From a virus (Duplodnaviria > Heunggongvirae > Uroviricota > Caudoviricetes): DNA of 64,000 nucleotides. Positions within the stretch are counted from its first letter, which is position 1. Each line of letters begins with the position of its first letter. The position numbers and the translations under genes were made by a program. The DNA is taken from IMG/VR virus record IMGVR_UViG_3300032782_000004. One strand, 5' to 3'. The notes beneath the pieces are model-generated. The model was not told the origin of the DNA. It saw only the letters and a program-made list of their open reading frames with translations, and made no database searches. This document shows positions 39,803-48,898 of the stretch, one piece after another.

Positions 39803-40344
39803 CTGATGATCGTCATCCGTCACGGCGTCTTCTACGAGAAAAGCCCCACCGACGTCTTCGCCTCCGAGGGGGTTTGACGATCGCCATCCGTCACAGCGTC
39901 TCCCGCGAGTCGTGAATTCGGCGAGATGGGCGGCGTCAAACGTGGTCTGACGATCGCCATCCGTCACAGCGTCTCCCGCGAGCGCGGGAACGCCGCCGTA
40001 TTCGGCCCCGCACAGGATCTGACGATCGCCATCCGTCACAGCGTCTCCCGCGAGCACGCAAGCGAAAACGAAAACGACGATGATCGACACTGACGATCGC
40101 CATCCGTCACAGCGTCTCCCGCGAGGTTGCGAATCTCCATTGAGATTGTTGGAGATGGAGCTACTGACGATCGCCATCCGTCACAGCGTCTCCCGCGAGT
40201 CGGGGGGCTTGCGGCGCGAGGAGGACCCGTCCTTCGCTGACGATCGCCATCCGTCACAGCGTCTCCCGCGAGCGCGGGAACGCCGCCGTATTCGGCCCCG
40301 CACAGGATCTGACGATCGCCATCCGTCACAGCGTCTCCCGCGAG
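39803..40344. CRISPR. CRISPR array: eight 36-bp repeats (first degenerate) with seven 35-38-bp spacers. Further decayed repeat remnants at 39726-39761 and ~39611-39650.
   Basis: Repeat CTGACGATCGCCATCCGTCACAGCGTCTCCCGCGAG at 39874, 39947, 40019, 40090, 40164, 40237 and 40309; degenerate copy at 39803. Spacers at 39839-39873, 39910-39946, 39983-40018, 40055-40089, 40126-40163, 40200-40236 and 40273-40308. Repeat decay toward low coordinates implies the leader lies on the cas-gene side, so transcription is probably on the minus strand. Confidence 0.85.
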
Positions 40345-42203
40345 GCGTCGTGTAGAAAGCCGCTGACTTCGACCTCTTGCACGTCGCTTTGCGAGCGGTT
40401 CCCCTCATCGGCTAGGGAACGAGCCGTATCTCCACGGAATTGCGGGGAACCGTTCTTTGCGGCACCGAGCCGCTCGATCTCTGAGACAGGCGTCGTGATG
40501 GATGAAGATCGGCCACGCTGAACGTGGCGCTCCGGGGGATCCCCGGTTGCCGGACCGATACGGGGCCGTGAGGGAGAGTTGCCTCGCCCTCCGTGCCGTC
40601 CGTTTGTCACGGCCGTTGTCCCCCTTTCGGGGGGTTTCGAACCCGCGCTCCGCGGGCCCGCTTCGCCGGTATCGCTACCGGAAGAGTATTGTAAAAGGTT
40701 TGCCGCGGCGTTGTCGTCACGGTCGTCGATGTGCTCGCAAGAAGGGCACTGGAAATTCGGATATCCAGGCGAAGTCTCGCGCACGGTTAGGCACAACGCG
40801 CAGCGCTTTGTTACCGGCTCGTCTTGAGGCGCTTCCTCGAGACGGCCGCCGATCCATTTCATCTTATAAGCCACACGACGGCGAACATCGCCCATACGCG
40901 CGGCGTGGACCATCGGCGCCAAGCGATTGCGCGTTTGGGCGTCGTTCGTGAGGTTGCGCGAGAGCATAGAATGCACCGAACCGGCTGGGCGCATGCGTAC
41001 GATTTCGACGCCGGTGTCGACAATCTGCCGAACGCTCTTGCCTACGATGTCGTCTCGAAGATCGGTGATCCGCGCGTGATAGTGCGCAACGCGCCGCTTG
41101 GCTTCGAAAAAACCGGCGCTCTGGGCACGCGTCGCAATGCCCGCTCGATAGCGTCGCGCCATCCGACGCTCCCACAGCTTTCGGAGACGCTCGAACCGCG
41201 CGATGCGATCGTCGTCGCGGAGGCCAAGATGGCGGATGTTCGTCGAGCGTTCGCCTTGCGTCGCGACGGATAGGTTCACGACGCCGACCTCGACTCCAGC
41301 CACTCGGCCTTTCACGCGCGGTACCGGACGATCTCGCAGAGCGCGACCGGGCCCTCGTGCTTGCGGCGTCGGATCGGGTACTTCCGCTCGTAGCGCGATG
41401 TACCAGCGGCCGTCTCTCTCTGAGAGACCGAGAGCGATCGCTTTGCCGCCGTAGGGAAAGTGATGCGATTTCTCTTGCGTGACGGGCAAGTAATCACGCT
41501 CTTTCAAGACAACTTCGCCGATCCCCGGGATCGTCACGGTCCGTGACGTGATGCGGATCGGGTTCGGCTGGTCAACGTGGTAAGCCGCGTGTCGCCGGCC
41601 GCGAAAACGGGGGCGTCCCGCGCGCTCGTACCGCCCGGCTTTGATATGTTCGAAGAAATGCTTCCAGCCGTCCTCGACGTCGATAACGGCTTCGCGAATC
41701 GCGAACGAGGAGAGCTCGGTGAGCCAGCCGAACCGCTCCGGCTGTTCGTCGCGTACGAAGGCGACCTGGGAATACCAGTCGATCGACGTGGCGGCAAAAT
41801 CCGGGATCGCAGCGCCGGATGCGGGCCGGTAACGCACACGCTTTTGCGGCGTCCAGGCGACCGACGCGTGTTGACCAAAAAGCGCCAAAAGCCCGACGAC
41901 GACGGCGGCGCCGAGAGTCACCTGCGGCGCATCCTGCTCGATACGAGGCGTACGGACGTCGACCGGCGCGCCACGAGTGAGCGCAGCCAAAGCGTAGCCG
42001 AGCATGCACGCCGCTTCGCCGCCGGCGCAGTCATGTCCGGCGAGAGCGCGCGCGCCGCGCGCAATGCCGCGAGCGGCGTCGAGCTCGATCCAACGCTCGA
42101 GTACCCAGTTGTGCGCGACGCGAGCGCCAGCGACGTGTTTCGCGAGCGCACGCCGCTGTTCAGCGGTCGGATCAATCTCGGTCTTGTACGCGCGAAGGAT
42201 CAT
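40326..42203 (-). CDS. TnpB/Cas12-like RuvC-domain RNA-guided effector (compact type V CRISPR effector candidate)
   Basis: N-terminus MILRAYKTEIDPTAEQRRALAKHVAGARVAHNWVLERW is typical of OrfB_IS605/TnpB. RuvC-I-like GVEVGVVNLSVAT (Glu in place of Asp), RuvC-II-like TGVEIVRM, zinc finger CALC...CPSC, RuvC-III DDRDDNAAANL. ~130-aa low-complexity C-terminal tail. The ORF terminates inside the leader-proximal CRISPR repeat. Confidence 0.7.
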   Translation of the reverse strand: MILRAYKTEIDPTAEQRRALAKHVAGARVAHNWVLERWIELDAARGIARGARALAGHDCAGGEAACMLGYALAALTRGAPVDVRTPRIEQDAPQVTLGAAVVVGLLALFGQHASVAWTPQKRVRYRPASGAAIPDFAATSIDWYSQVAFVRDEQPERFGWLTELSSFAIREAVIDVEDGWKHFFEHIKAGRYERAGRPRFRGRRHAAYHVDQPNPIRITSRTVTIPGIGEVVLKERDYLPVTQEKSHHFPYGGKAIALGLSERDGRWYIALRAEVPDPTPQARGPGRALRDRPVPRVKGRVAGVEVGVVNLSVATQGERSTNIRHLGLRDDDRIARFERLRKLWERRMARRYRAGIATRAQSAGFFEAKRRVAHYHARITDLRDDIVGKSVRQIVDTGVEIVRMRPAGSVHSMLSRNLTNDAQTRNRLAPMVHAARMGDVRRRVAYKMKWIGGRLEEAPQDEPVTKRCALCLTVRETSPGYPNFQCPSCEHIDDRDDNAAANLLQYSSGSDTGEAGPRSAGSKPPERGTTAVTNGRHGGRGNSPSRPRIGPATGDPPERHVQRGRSSSITTPVSEIERLGAAKNGSPQFRGDTARSLADEGNRSQSDVQEVEVSGFLHDASRETL

Positions 42204-42457
42204 TTTACGGCTCGAATGTTACGGCAGTCGGGGCACTCGTTTGGGACGGTAAGTAAGACCATCCTATTTCGATGCGGGAGAACTTCGACAGTCGGATTAA
42301 CCAGATCGTCTTGAAGCACAAATTCGGCATTGCAATCGACGCAAATGATCTTGATCTTGAAGTTCAGCCGAGCCGTTTTCGGGTTCCCGCGTGTCACTTT
42401 GAATCTTCGTTCGGCTCGAACTTGCCGTTTCGAAATCGTCCAGTCTGAACCCCCCAC
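42200..42457 (-). CDS. small zinc-ribbon protein, translationally coupled upstream of the Cas12-like gene
   Basis: 85 aa. CVDCNAEF...CPDC. Its stop overlaps the start of the Cas12-like ORF (4-nt overlap). Confidence 0.4.
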   Translation of the reverse strand: MGGSDWTISKRQVRAERRFKVTRGNPKTARLNFKIKIICVDCNAEFVLQDDLVNPTVEVLPHRNRMVLLTVPNECPDCRNIRAVK

Positions 42458-42569
42458 ACGTCCTCGCGTGCTTTTCGCCGAGCGGCCATTTCCTCGGTAA
42501 GCCGTCGAAGCCGCGTACGGAACACTTCATGCTCCTCGTGTTGGATCTCGAGCCGCGTCCGTCGTACGG

Positions 42570-42848
42570 TCATCCGTCGCCCTTTTCCATGATGAGTGTT
42601 TGGCACAACTGTCCGAGAGCGTCGGCGAGTGAGTCGCCGAGATGTGTCCTGTGCCCTCGTGTTACGGCCCATTCGTCGTTTTTCTGCCGACTGATCGTGA
42701 CACGCTCTTGAAGATTGAGATTTGCCTCGAGCGTACCGATGATGTCGAGCGCCTGCTTTGCACGCACGACAGCTTGACGTTCTGCATCGCCCAATTGGCG
42801 AAAACGAAGCATGTAGTCGAACACGTCGCTTGCTTGTTCCGAGGTCAT
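42570..42848 (-). CDS. hypothetical protein
   Basis: 92-aa ORF with ordinary composition. The overlapping 255-aa ORF 42394..43161 looks like Arg-rich junk. Confidence 0.3.
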   Translation of the reverse strand: MTSEQASDVFDYMLRFRQLGDAERQAVVRAKQALDIIGTLEANLNLQERVTISRQKNDEWAVTRGHRTHLGDSLADALGQLCQTLIMEKGDG

Positions 42849-43314
42849 CGCCGCATTCTCTCCGCTTCACGCGATCCCATCTTACGTCCGCGCCCCCGCG
42901 ATCCAGATCCAGAAGCGAGCGACACGATGCGCCCAAAGAATGTGCCGACGTACTATCCGGATGTTTTCGAGAGCGATGGCCGCCTCCGCGAAGAGGCCTA
43001 GCATGTCCCATTCGAAGTAGAGCGCAATCCAGTCGATGCGCTCGCGATCGAGGCAAAGGACAGCGTCGATGGCCCGGTCGCGTTGGGAGGCGAGAAGCGC
43101 GATCATGGCTGCTTTCGCGCCTTTCGAAACGGACTATCGCTGGTAGCGAACTCGAGCGCATCGAGCGCCGTCCCGCAAGTTCGATCGAATCCGAGATGAC
43201 GGATTGGCGCCCATGCGTCTGCCACGGAGCACGCCAAGATTTCTAGATCGCGCGCTTTGGCACAGATGTCACATTGGATAGGCACGCCACTGAAGTGCGT
43301 ACAGTTCGCTTTGT

Positions 43315-43758
43315 TCATCGTCGTCCCCCTTCGAGCGCGAGACGAACACCTGTTGCAACAGCATTGATGAACACGAGGTACGCCAAGGCTGCGATCGCGA
43401 GCCATGACGTGTGCGAGTAGAGCAAAACCCCCTCGAGGAGCACCGTGAATCCGAGCGCCTTCGACATCGATCCGAATGCGATTTCGGTCCAACGCACTAC
43501 GGTGGTCGCGCTGAAAAGCAAGCCGCCGGCGACGAGCGCCCAGATCAGATAGCCGCGGGCAAGCTCGTGGTGCGCGAGCCAGTAGGTCGCGACGGGGACC
43601 CCGCCGCCGAGAGCGGCGCCGAGGACGGCCGCCGCGCGGTTTCGCGGGTGAAGCGCGAGTCGAACCTCGCCGAGCACGCCCAAGCGCTTCGGTTGACGTG
43701 CCGGAGACGGCGAGACAACTCGAAGGTTCGAGCTCGACTTGCGCGCAGCGGCGGTCAT
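43315..43758 (-). CDS. multi-pass membrane protein
   Basis: Internal start MTAAARKSS. Three or four hydrophobic helices (AAVLGAALGGGVPVATYWL, LIWALVAGGLLF, LAIAALAYLVFINAVATGV). The upstream part of the listed ORF is Arg-rich junk. Confidence 0.35.
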   Translation of the reverse strand: MTAAARKSSSNLRVVSPSPARQPKRLGVLGEVRLALHPRNRAAAVLGAALGGGVPVATYWLAHHELARGYLIWALVAGGLLFSATTVVRWTEIAFGSMSKALGFTVLLEGVLLYSHTSWLAIAALAYLVFINAVATGVRLALEGGRR

Positions 43759-44357
43759 CGCGCGCCTCGCGATAGTTCCCATCCCGCTTCTTCGATGAGC
43801 CGCTTGAATTGGAGGCCAGCGTACCGTCCGAGATGCTTGTAGATGATGTCCGTAGCGCGGGTTCGATCGAAATCGCGGATCAGGACCAGATGGTACGCAT
43901 CGAATTTGTCCTGCAAACGTCCGGCAACCATTTTCATGGCGACCAGAAACTCTGGCGTAACGACAGGTAGCGGTACGCCTTCTACCCTCACTGCCGCGTA
44001 AAGGGCGTCTTCGTAGAGCCGCGCCCATTCATCCAGTCGAGTGATGACGTTCAACTCGATGCCCCCTTCTACGGTTCTCACGCCGCCGATAGTTGAGGGC
44101 TCGCCTTTGTAACCGAGATCGGATTCGGCGATCACGTCTAGATTGGACGTCAGACGAGGCGCCCCCCAGATTTGGGCGGCCGTGCCCCCGACGATGGCGA
44201 TTCGTTCGTTCGGATGCGTCGCAGCCACATGTTTGGCGGCAGCCATGAGCGCTTCACGCGACAGAAAACGAGGCTGATCTACGATTCTTGCTGACATCTC
44301 AAAGACTCCCTTCGCCTCGGGTATACGCACCCTAGCTGCCGCGTCTTCCCTTGTCAA
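43755..44357 (-). CDS. nucleotidyltransferase-fold protein (minimal NTase-like)
   Basis: IAIVGGTAAQIWGAPRLTSNLDVI fits the G-[GS]-x9-13-D-h-[DE]-h NTase motif. 4-nt overlap with the downstream membrane-protein gene. Confidence 0.4.
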   Translation of the reverse strand: MTREDAAARVRIPEAKGVFEMSARIVDQPRFLSREALMAAAKHVAATHPNERIAIVGGTAAQIWGAPRLTSNLDVIAESDLGYKGEPSTIGGVRTVEGGIELNVITRLDEWARLYEDALYAAVRVEGVPLPVVTPEFLVAMKMVAGRLQDKFDAYHLVLIRDFDRTRATDIIYKHLGRYAGLQFKRLIEEAGWELSRGAR

Positions 44358-44427
44358 CCACTCGCTGACGATTGTCTATCTGCGGTTGACAGGGGATACC
44401 AGAAGAGATAATCCCGTAGACCTGAGC

Positions 44428-44988
44428 ATGAAATCGAATTTCGGCGCTCCTGTAACCGCCCTTCTCGCGGCCGGCATGGTCGGCTCCTACGGGCTTGAGC
44501 TCAACGCCGGGGGGCACGTCGCCTGCGTCAATGCCGGCTTCGTAGCGGGCCGCCCAGAGCTCAGAACAGCCCTTTCAAGCCTCTTCCTGCACGATCCGTC
44601 GAACCCGTGGCACCTGGCCGGAAACGTTGCCTTCCTGGTCGTTTTCGGTATTCTCGTGGAGCTAGAAATCGGTAGCCTCGGCTTCGCGGCCCTCTTCGTC
44701 GCGGCCGGTCTCGGCGGCGCCGCGATGCACTGGCTCATCGATCCATCATCGACCGTCCCGCTCGTGGGCTGCTCAGGCGCCATTTTCGGGCTCCTCGCCG
44801 TTGCGGCCGTCCTGCGCCCATGGCTGCTCACGCCCGTCGTCGTGTACGTCGGGCTGACCGTCTGGGAAGCGCTGACAGGCACCGGAGGGCACGTCTCGGT
44901 TGGGGCGCATCTCGGGGGCTTCGTCGTCGGCGCCATCGTCGCCGGAGTCGTGAGCAGGCGCGACAGTACGGTATTGGAGCGCGCATGA
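44428..44988 (+). CDS. rhomboid-family intramembrane serine protease
   Basis: 6 TM. GCSGAIFGLLA (catalytic Ser in a GxSG context) and GAHLGGFVVG (catalytic His in TM6). Start at MKSNFGAP. Confidence 0.6.
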   Translation: MKSNFGAPVTALLAAGMVGSYGLELNAGGHVACVNAGFVAGRPELRTALSSLFLHDPSNPWHLAGNVAFLVVFGILVELEIGSLGFAALFVAAGLGGAAMHWLIDPSSTVPLVGCSGAIFGLLAVAAVLRPWLLTPVVVYVGLTVWEALTGTGGHVSVGAHLGGFVVGAIVAGVVSRRDSTVLERA

Positions 44989-45348
44989 CCCCGCGGGCGA
45001 GAGGGCGCCGTTTGGCGGATTTGCACACAACGACGGAAGCACTACGACCGGAGATGTTCATGGCCGATAGCTTTGCGATCCCCACGTACGTCGCCGACGC
45101 GCTGCGCGTTTGGCATGCAGCCGCGATCGAATACGATCCGCTCAACCCATCGACAGTGGCGTCGGAGCGCGCGGTGGCTGCTTGGAGATCGTTCGAGGGC
45201 GCATGCCTGAACTGGGAAGCCGTCGGGCGCGCCAACAAGAAGCAGAGGGGGCCGACATGATCGGAAAGACGATCGCCGACTTCGAGCGGATAGCGCTATC
45301 CGTCAACGACGGTCACCTCGAGAAAGACGACGGTGATACATTGTCGCC

Positions 45349-45555
45349 ATGAACAAGCCCGCGAAGACCGCGCCCAAACCCGAAAAGCCGATCCAGTGGG
45401 CGATTCGTCTGCCCGCGTCCTTCTTGATACGTCTCGACAAGCTCGCAGAGAACATGTCGCAGCCGGGAATGAAGCTGACTCGAGCTCAGGTTCTCCGTCT
45501 CGCCGCGTATCGCGGCGTCGACCTGATCGAAGCGGAGCTCAAGAAAAAGCCGTGA
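45349..45555 (+). CDS. ribbon-helix-helix-like small DNA-binding protein
   Basis: 68 aa. IQWAIRLPASFLIRLDKLAE...LTRAQVLRLA (beta-strand followed by two helices). Confidence 0.35.
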   Translation: MNKPAKTAPKPEKPIQWAIRLPASFLIRLDKLAENMSQPGMKLTRAQVLRLAAYRGVDLIEAELKKKP

Positions 45556-45867
45556 AGCTCTGGATCGTGATCATGCCGTCGGGCGAACAGCATATTCTCG
45601 ACAAGGAACCGATCGGCGGTATCGAGGAATGGGCGAAAGGCTTGTCGGTGACGATCTTAGAATTTCGCTTCACGCGCTTCGTCAAGAGAGCCGCCGGGGA
45701 GGGCCCGGCGAAATGAGCTTTCTCGAATGGGCCGTGTTCGCGTATTCGGCCGGGGGCGTCGCGACGGCGTTCGCAGCCGTCGATCATCGTGGCCGTCGCC
45801 CGCCGATCGAAGACTACCCGTTCATCGTCCTCGGTTGGCCCATCGTGCTCTGGCACACGCTCGTCGA

Positions 45868-46146
45868 CTAGTCGCGGCGTCGACGTCGCTGTCGGCGCGC
45901 CCCGCCGACGCCTTCGAAGACCTTCTGCAAGTTCTTCTTGAGATCGGGGAGCGCCGTCGCAACCGACTTGGCCGCTCGAACTGTATCGCTGTCGATGCCG
46001 TCGAGGATGTCGAGCGGACTCGCGAGTAGATCGTGTTCGTGAATGAGACGAACGGCTTTCAGCGCCGCCGAAAGCCGCTCTTTCTCCGGGGTACGCTCGT
46101 CGACAGCTAGCTCGACGAGATCGCGCGTTTTCTGCCGAAGGTTCAC
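45868..46146 (-). CDS. hypothetical protein
   Basis: 92 aa. Confidence 0.3.
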   Translation of the reverse strand: MNLRQKTRDLVELAVDERTPEKERLSAALKAVRLIHEHDLLASPLDILDGIDSDTVRAAKSVATALPDLKKNLQKVFEGVGGARRQRRRRRD

Positions 46147-46442
46147 GGCTCGTCGTCCTCGTCGGGTTCCCGGCGACGTCGACTGCGGCCTTTGCCGTCG
46201 CCGAATGTTTTCTCGTACTCCTCGAGCATCGCGTCGGCGTATTTGGTGGCGATCTCACACATGTCCTCGACGATCTCGTCGTTGTCATGTGTGTCGGGCG
46301 GCGCGTACCGCGCCAGCGCGTCGTGCGTCCACGCCACCCAGAGTTCCGAAGCTTGCTTCACAGAGACGGGCATTTCCGATCTTCTTTCGTCGCGTCGACT
46401 GTCGACTGTCGACAGATTGCAGCGCTTGTCGATCGCTGTCAA
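46143..46442 (-). CDS. hypothetical protein
   Basis: 99 aa, ATGA-coupled to the downstream gene. Confidence 0.3.
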   Translation of the reverse strand: MTAIDKRCNLSTVDSRRDERRSEMPVSVKQASELWVAWTHDALARYAPPDTHDNDEIVEDMCEIATKYADAMLEEYEKTFGDGKGRSRRRREPDEDDEP

Positions 46443-46548
46443 CCGAGGATCGACCGCTAGTCCCGGATGGTGGAGTCGAACCGCCGCACGCCTCGACCGC
46501 CGACGGGCTGCTCACCGAAGTGTTCCGGGGCGGTTGTGCTTCCGGGGT

Positions 46549-46905
46549 TCACGACAATGTCAAAGCTGAGCAGGCATCCTCGATAATGTAGAGTTCCGCG
46601 TCTTCCGGCAAGTATTGCGACAAGATGATCAGGGCGAAGTCGGCGCCGAGCTGCGCATCACAAAACTCTTGTATCAACTCGTACCCGCCGGGTTTGCCGT
46701 TACCCGTACCGTCAAATATGAGCGGGCCGGGCCCTTTCAGTTCCGGCCCCCCAATGAAACGCGATGGAGGAGGCGGCGTGCAAAATTGCACGAAACGTCC
46801 GGTCAAGCGGTTCTCGATGATAACGAAACGTCTGTGCTCGATCGGCGATTGCGCCAAGCGGTCGAGCGCCTCGACGATCGCGCCCTTGGATTCCTTGAGA
46901 ATCAT
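46549..46905 (-). CDS. hypothetical protein
   Basis: 118 aa. Confidence 0.3.
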   Translation of the reverse strand: MILKESKGAIVEALDRLAQSPIEHRRFVIIENRLTGRFVQFCTPPPPSRFIGGPELKGPGPLIFDGTGNGKPGGYELIQEFCDAQLGADFALIILSQYLPEDAELYIIEDACSALTLS

Positions 46906-47282
46906 TCTAGCGTGACTTTTTCGAGTTTCGAAGGCCTGTAGCTTGGCCCCAACGCATTCGAACGCGAGCGACGGGCAACGTCGCTGGAGCCTTTTTCGGT
47001 TTCGGGGCTTTCTTTTTCATCGTTGCTCATCGGCGATCAAGAGACCTCGCCGCTTGTTGTCGCGCGCAAACGCGATGTCGCCGCGCGCCGAAAACCACGC
47101 CGCGATGCGATTGAAAAAACTTGCGATGGCGTACAAGACGCGAGCTTGCCCGCGGGGATAAAGCCGATTGCCCAGAATCCCTTTTTCCCAGCGCATGCAT
47201 TCGTCGCACCAAGTATGTGCTTCTGACGGCCGCGGTCCGACAAACGCGATTGCCGAGTCCTTCGTAAGCGGGTGCGTCGTGA

Positions 47283-47693
47283 TCATCGGGGACGCCCAGA
47301 ACTCGCGAAGCGCTCTTGAGCTTCGACGGCCAAATCAAGACACTCGAGGACATCGAAGCCGAGGTCGTCGATCCAACGGACGGTCGAGAAGATCAAGTTG
47401 CCGAGTTCTTTCTTCAGTTCTCGAATCAACTGATCACGATCGGGGCGCCCTTCCGCGACGCGCTCGATGAATGCGACGAAATCGGGCTCGAAATCGTCGC
47501 CTACGCGAACGCTCGCGTCGCGAGCGACGCGCGCGATATCACCGACTCCAACCGTCAATCTGACGGCTATCTCGGTGAGCGAGTGCCTCGTAGCGCCCCA
47601 GATTTGGCGCCCTTGAGCACGCAAAGCGCTAAGCCCAGCGTGCACTTGCTCACGCACCGGAGGATGTTTCCGCAAATCGACTTTCATGTTCAA
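47283..47693 (-). CDS. MazG-like nucleotide pyrophosphohydrolase
   Basis: TEIAVRLTVGVGDIARVARD and ELGNLIFSTVRWIDDLGFDV match MazG helices (E-x-x-E-L-x-E ... E-L-G-D-x-L). Confidence 0.45.
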   Translation of the reverse strand: MNMKVDLRKHPPVREQVHAGLSALRAQGRQIWGATRHSLTEIAVRLTVGVGDIARVARDASVRVGDDFEPDFVAFIERVAEGRPDRDQLIRELKKELGNLIFSTVRWIDDLGFDVLECLDLAVEAQERFASSGRPR

Positions 47694-48463
47694 TCACGTT
47701 TCCCTGTTTGCGTCGTTGAGGGGCGCCAGTCGCAGCCCCCGTACTTGCGACGTTTTTCCAAGACGTACGATACGAATTTGCCGATGGCATCGTCGATGCT
47801 TTTTGCAGGTGTCGTGGCCCCTCTTGCCGCGTCTTCGCCGCAGTCCCAAGAGCTCTCACCTTTTCCCGGAAACGGTACCGGTTCGAGCATTTCGATTTGA
47901 CACCGCACGATCGTTTTGGAGAACCATCGAGGACGGCGCCATGAAGCCTCTTCGAGCATCGCGCATCCGAGATAAGCGCGCTCCGGCATCGGCACTTCGA
48001 CGAAGTGGTATTCGAGCGGGCGCGATTCGTGACGTTGAGCGCCGAGAAAAAAATCGAGGATATCGAAGCTGCCGTCACGCCATCGCGGCGTTGAACTACG
48101 CCACGAATGCGGATCCGCCCATGTACGCCACCGGATCGCCCAGTGATACGCACCGACGCTCAGTTCTCGCGCCTCGCCGGCGCGCGAGAGACGACGCAAG
48201 TCGAAGGACAGATAAATCGCACCGAAACCGAATTCCGCGTGAACGTCGATGCCGTCCTCATCATGTCGAACGCCGGCACCGAGACGGGGGGCGCCGAGCG
48301 CCCATTCGACGCCGATCGAATCGTCACTCTCTCGCCAATGCAGCCAAGCACGTCCGTGCCATGGAAAGCCGCTTGGAGCTACGCCATCGGCGCCGCGACG
48401 CTTCTCATTCAAGTTTTGCCAGTGCCCCCAGACGAGTCGGCCCCGATCTTTCCGTTCACTCAT
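47690..48463 (-). CDS. hypothetical protein (Trp-rich)
   Basis: 257 aa, coupled to flanking genes. Confidence 0.35.
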   Translation of the reverse strand: MSERKDRGRLVWGHWQNLNEKRRGADGVAPSGFPWHGRAWLHWRESDDSIGVEWALGAPRLGAGVRHDEDGIDVHAEFGFGAIYLSFDLRRLSRAGEARELSVGAYHWAIRWRTWADPHSWRSSTPRWRDGSFDILDFFLGAQRHESRPLEYHFVEVPMPERAYLGCAMLEEASWRRPRWFSKTIVRCQIEMLEPVPFPGKGESSWDCGEDAARGATTPAKSIDDAIGKFVSYVLEKRRKYGGCDWRPSTTQTGKRD

Positions 48464-48648
48464 GCGGCGGCCCCGCGCGACGACCGCTGCCGTAGAAGTT
48501 CACGTAAACCGAGTTCTAGTACCGCGCGTACGACGGCGCTCTCCTTGACCTCGACGCCGACCTCCCGGCTCATGTGCCGCCGCTCGTGCTCGAGCGCGCC
48601 GCGAAACTCGCGGGAGACCCGAACGCTGATCATGTCGTCGTTTTTCAT
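48460..48648 (-). CDS. ribbon-helix-helix (CopG-like) regulator
   Basis: Internal start MKNDDMISVRVSREFRGALEHERRHMSREVG...AVVRAVLELGL. Confidence 0.4.
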   Translation of the reverse strand: MKNDDMISVRVSREFRGALEHERRHMSREVGVEVKESAVVRAVLELGLRELLRQRSSRGAAA

Positions 48649-48898
48649 GCCGGTGCACCCTACGCCTGTCCAGATTGTCTGACAAGTAAGACGAGCATCT
48701 TGACCCGCGCTTCGCGTTGGCGATAGCATCCTTCTCCCGCTTGAGACGTCTCGTCTCGAGGGGCTTCCACGTCGAACTGATCAGCACGGCACCTCGCCGC
48801 TTGAGGGTGACCGAGCGACGGAGGGCTTCGCGTTGACGCACGCCTCGATTCCTATTCGTTCGTCTATCGTCTGCCGCGCACGTGAGGGCCGTTGAAGC

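Noticed and set aside
40590-40625. Possible additional degenerate CRISPR repeat or anti-repeat inside the effector's 3' tail (gccgtccgtttgtcacggccgttgtcccc)
   Set aside because: The resemblance to the repeat needs indels and is in the same orientation (not complementary). Too weak to call without alignment tools.
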